A stretch of 64,000 bases of DNA from an uncultured Verrucomicrobiae bacterium. GTDB taxonomy: Bacteria > Verrucomicrobiota > Verrucomicrobiia > Chthoniobacterales > JAATET01. Made by a program: the position numbers and the translations under genes. This document shows positions 63,016 to 64,000 of this stretch, one piece after another (within the stretch, counting starts at the first letter, position 1; each line of letters starts with the position of its first letter). The stretch lies in NCBI GenBank assembly GCA_963719495.1, contig CAVRCI010000007.1, positions 64,001 through 128,000 of the forward strand, read 5' to 3'. The notes under the pieces were generated by a model. The model did no database searches. It was given only the letters and a program-made list of their open reading frames with translations, and was not told the DNA's origin.

Positions 63016-64000
63016 CGGATGGTGGCAGCGACGGTGTCGGTCACCGGGGGCGAGTTGGCAAGCAACCGCCAGCGCCCGGCCTCGACTTCGGGTTGGAAGA
63101 ACGCGCGTTTGTCGGCGCCGAGCGAGGTCCACGCGCGGGAGATCAATTCGGAATTTCCACCCGTCGCCGACCCACGAAGCAAGGCGTGGGACGCGCAGAG
63201 ATGCGGGTTCTCCAGCGAGAACCGGAACCGCGCCTCGTGGGACAGCACGAAGCGCGAGCCATCGTTCAGCAGCGCAACGAGCCCCGATCCCACCGACGCG
63301 TCGAGCAACACGTTCGTCGCGGCGGGGTTCGCGGCGAGCCGGTCCACGATCTCCCGCTCGTCGGCGAAAGTCGTGACGTCCGCGCCCCGCGCGAGCCGCG
63401 CGAAAACCCGTTCCTCGGACCGGGGCGAATCTGCCAGATCGATCCAGCCGACAGCGGCCACCGCAAGCGTCGCAACGGTCAACGCCGTGAATTCTCGCGG
63501 TCGAAACCGGCCCAGCTGGGCCCCCAGTAAAATCAGCGAGACGGCGAGCAGTGTCGCCAACGACCGCCCCTCCCGCGCCAGCGAACTCCCGCCGTTCCAA
63601 ACCAGCAGAAATTCCACCACGAACGGGGTCGCGCACAACCAAGCCACCGCCGCGTTGCGCAGGCGGATCACCACGTAGATGAGAACCGGTCCGGCCAGAA
63701 GCAGACCCAGCGAGACGTGCGCGAACGCGGCCACCGGCGAGCGCAGTGACCACCGCAATCCGTCGCCCAGCCCCCCGTCGCCCACCTCGAGGGCCGCGAT
63801 CGAAGCGGGCCGCGGAAACCCGGGCCACCCGGCGCCAAACGCCCAGCCCAGCCCAAGAACGAGAGCTTGGATGGTGACCATCGGCAGAAAGAGCAGCAGC
63901 GCGATGGTGACCACCTTGCGAAGATCCCGCCGGTCCCCGGGCGGCAGCAGCAACGGCGACGCGAGGAGAAACAAAGGCAGCGCGACCGCGAGTCCGGGCG
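63012..64000 (-). CDS. Multi-TM membrane protein, 5' end outside window
   Basis: Several hydrophobic helices followed by a soluble tail. Confidence 0.7.
   Translation of the reverse strand, partial: PGLAVALPLFLLASPLLLPPGDRRDLRKVVTIALLLFLPMVTIQALVLGLGWAFGAGWPGFPRPASIAALEVGDGGLGDGLRWSLRSPVAAFAHVSLGLLLAGPVLIYVVIRLRNAAVAWLCATPFVVEFLLVWNGGSSLAREGRSLATLLAVSLILLGAQLGRFRPREFTALTVATLAVAAVGWIDLADSPRSEERVFARLARGADVTTFADEREIVDRLAANPAATNVLLDASVGSGLVALLNDGSRFVLSHEARFRFSLENPHLCASHALLRGSATGGNSELISRAWTSLGADKRAFFQPEVEAGRWRLLANSPPVTDTVAATIR

Overview
GC-rich bacterial chromosomal segment. By inference it is probably Verrucomicrobiota (PEP-CTERM proteins, lineage-typical hypotheticals). Mostly housekeeping genes: pepF, speA, larC, radC, ccsA-hemA-hemC...cobA/hemD, aroB, cls, gcvTHP, hisHA, xylA, ppk2, mgtE. 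Accessory blocks: (i) a Doc/AbrB toxin-antitoxin pair plus M15 peptidase inserted antisense in the heme cluster; (ii) an AT-rich scar with two ~120-bp inverted-repeat-bounded elements and a truncated Hsp20-like gene; (iii) nested ISAs1/ISNCY-like remnants beside a P450; (iv) a bacillithiol-like cluster with bshA, a bshB-like gene and a half-size BshC-like gene, joined to a secreted PIG-L enzyme, a micropeptide and a Na+/solute symporter (best candidate for a new system); (v) a four-gene lipoprotein/membrane protein/dual cell-wall hydrolase cassette; (vi) PEP-CTERM glycan and surface genes. Short palindromic and tandem repeats are abundant, several lying inside gene ends. No rRNA, tRNA or CRISPR array was seen. 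All calls come from motif recognition by eye; no database search was run.
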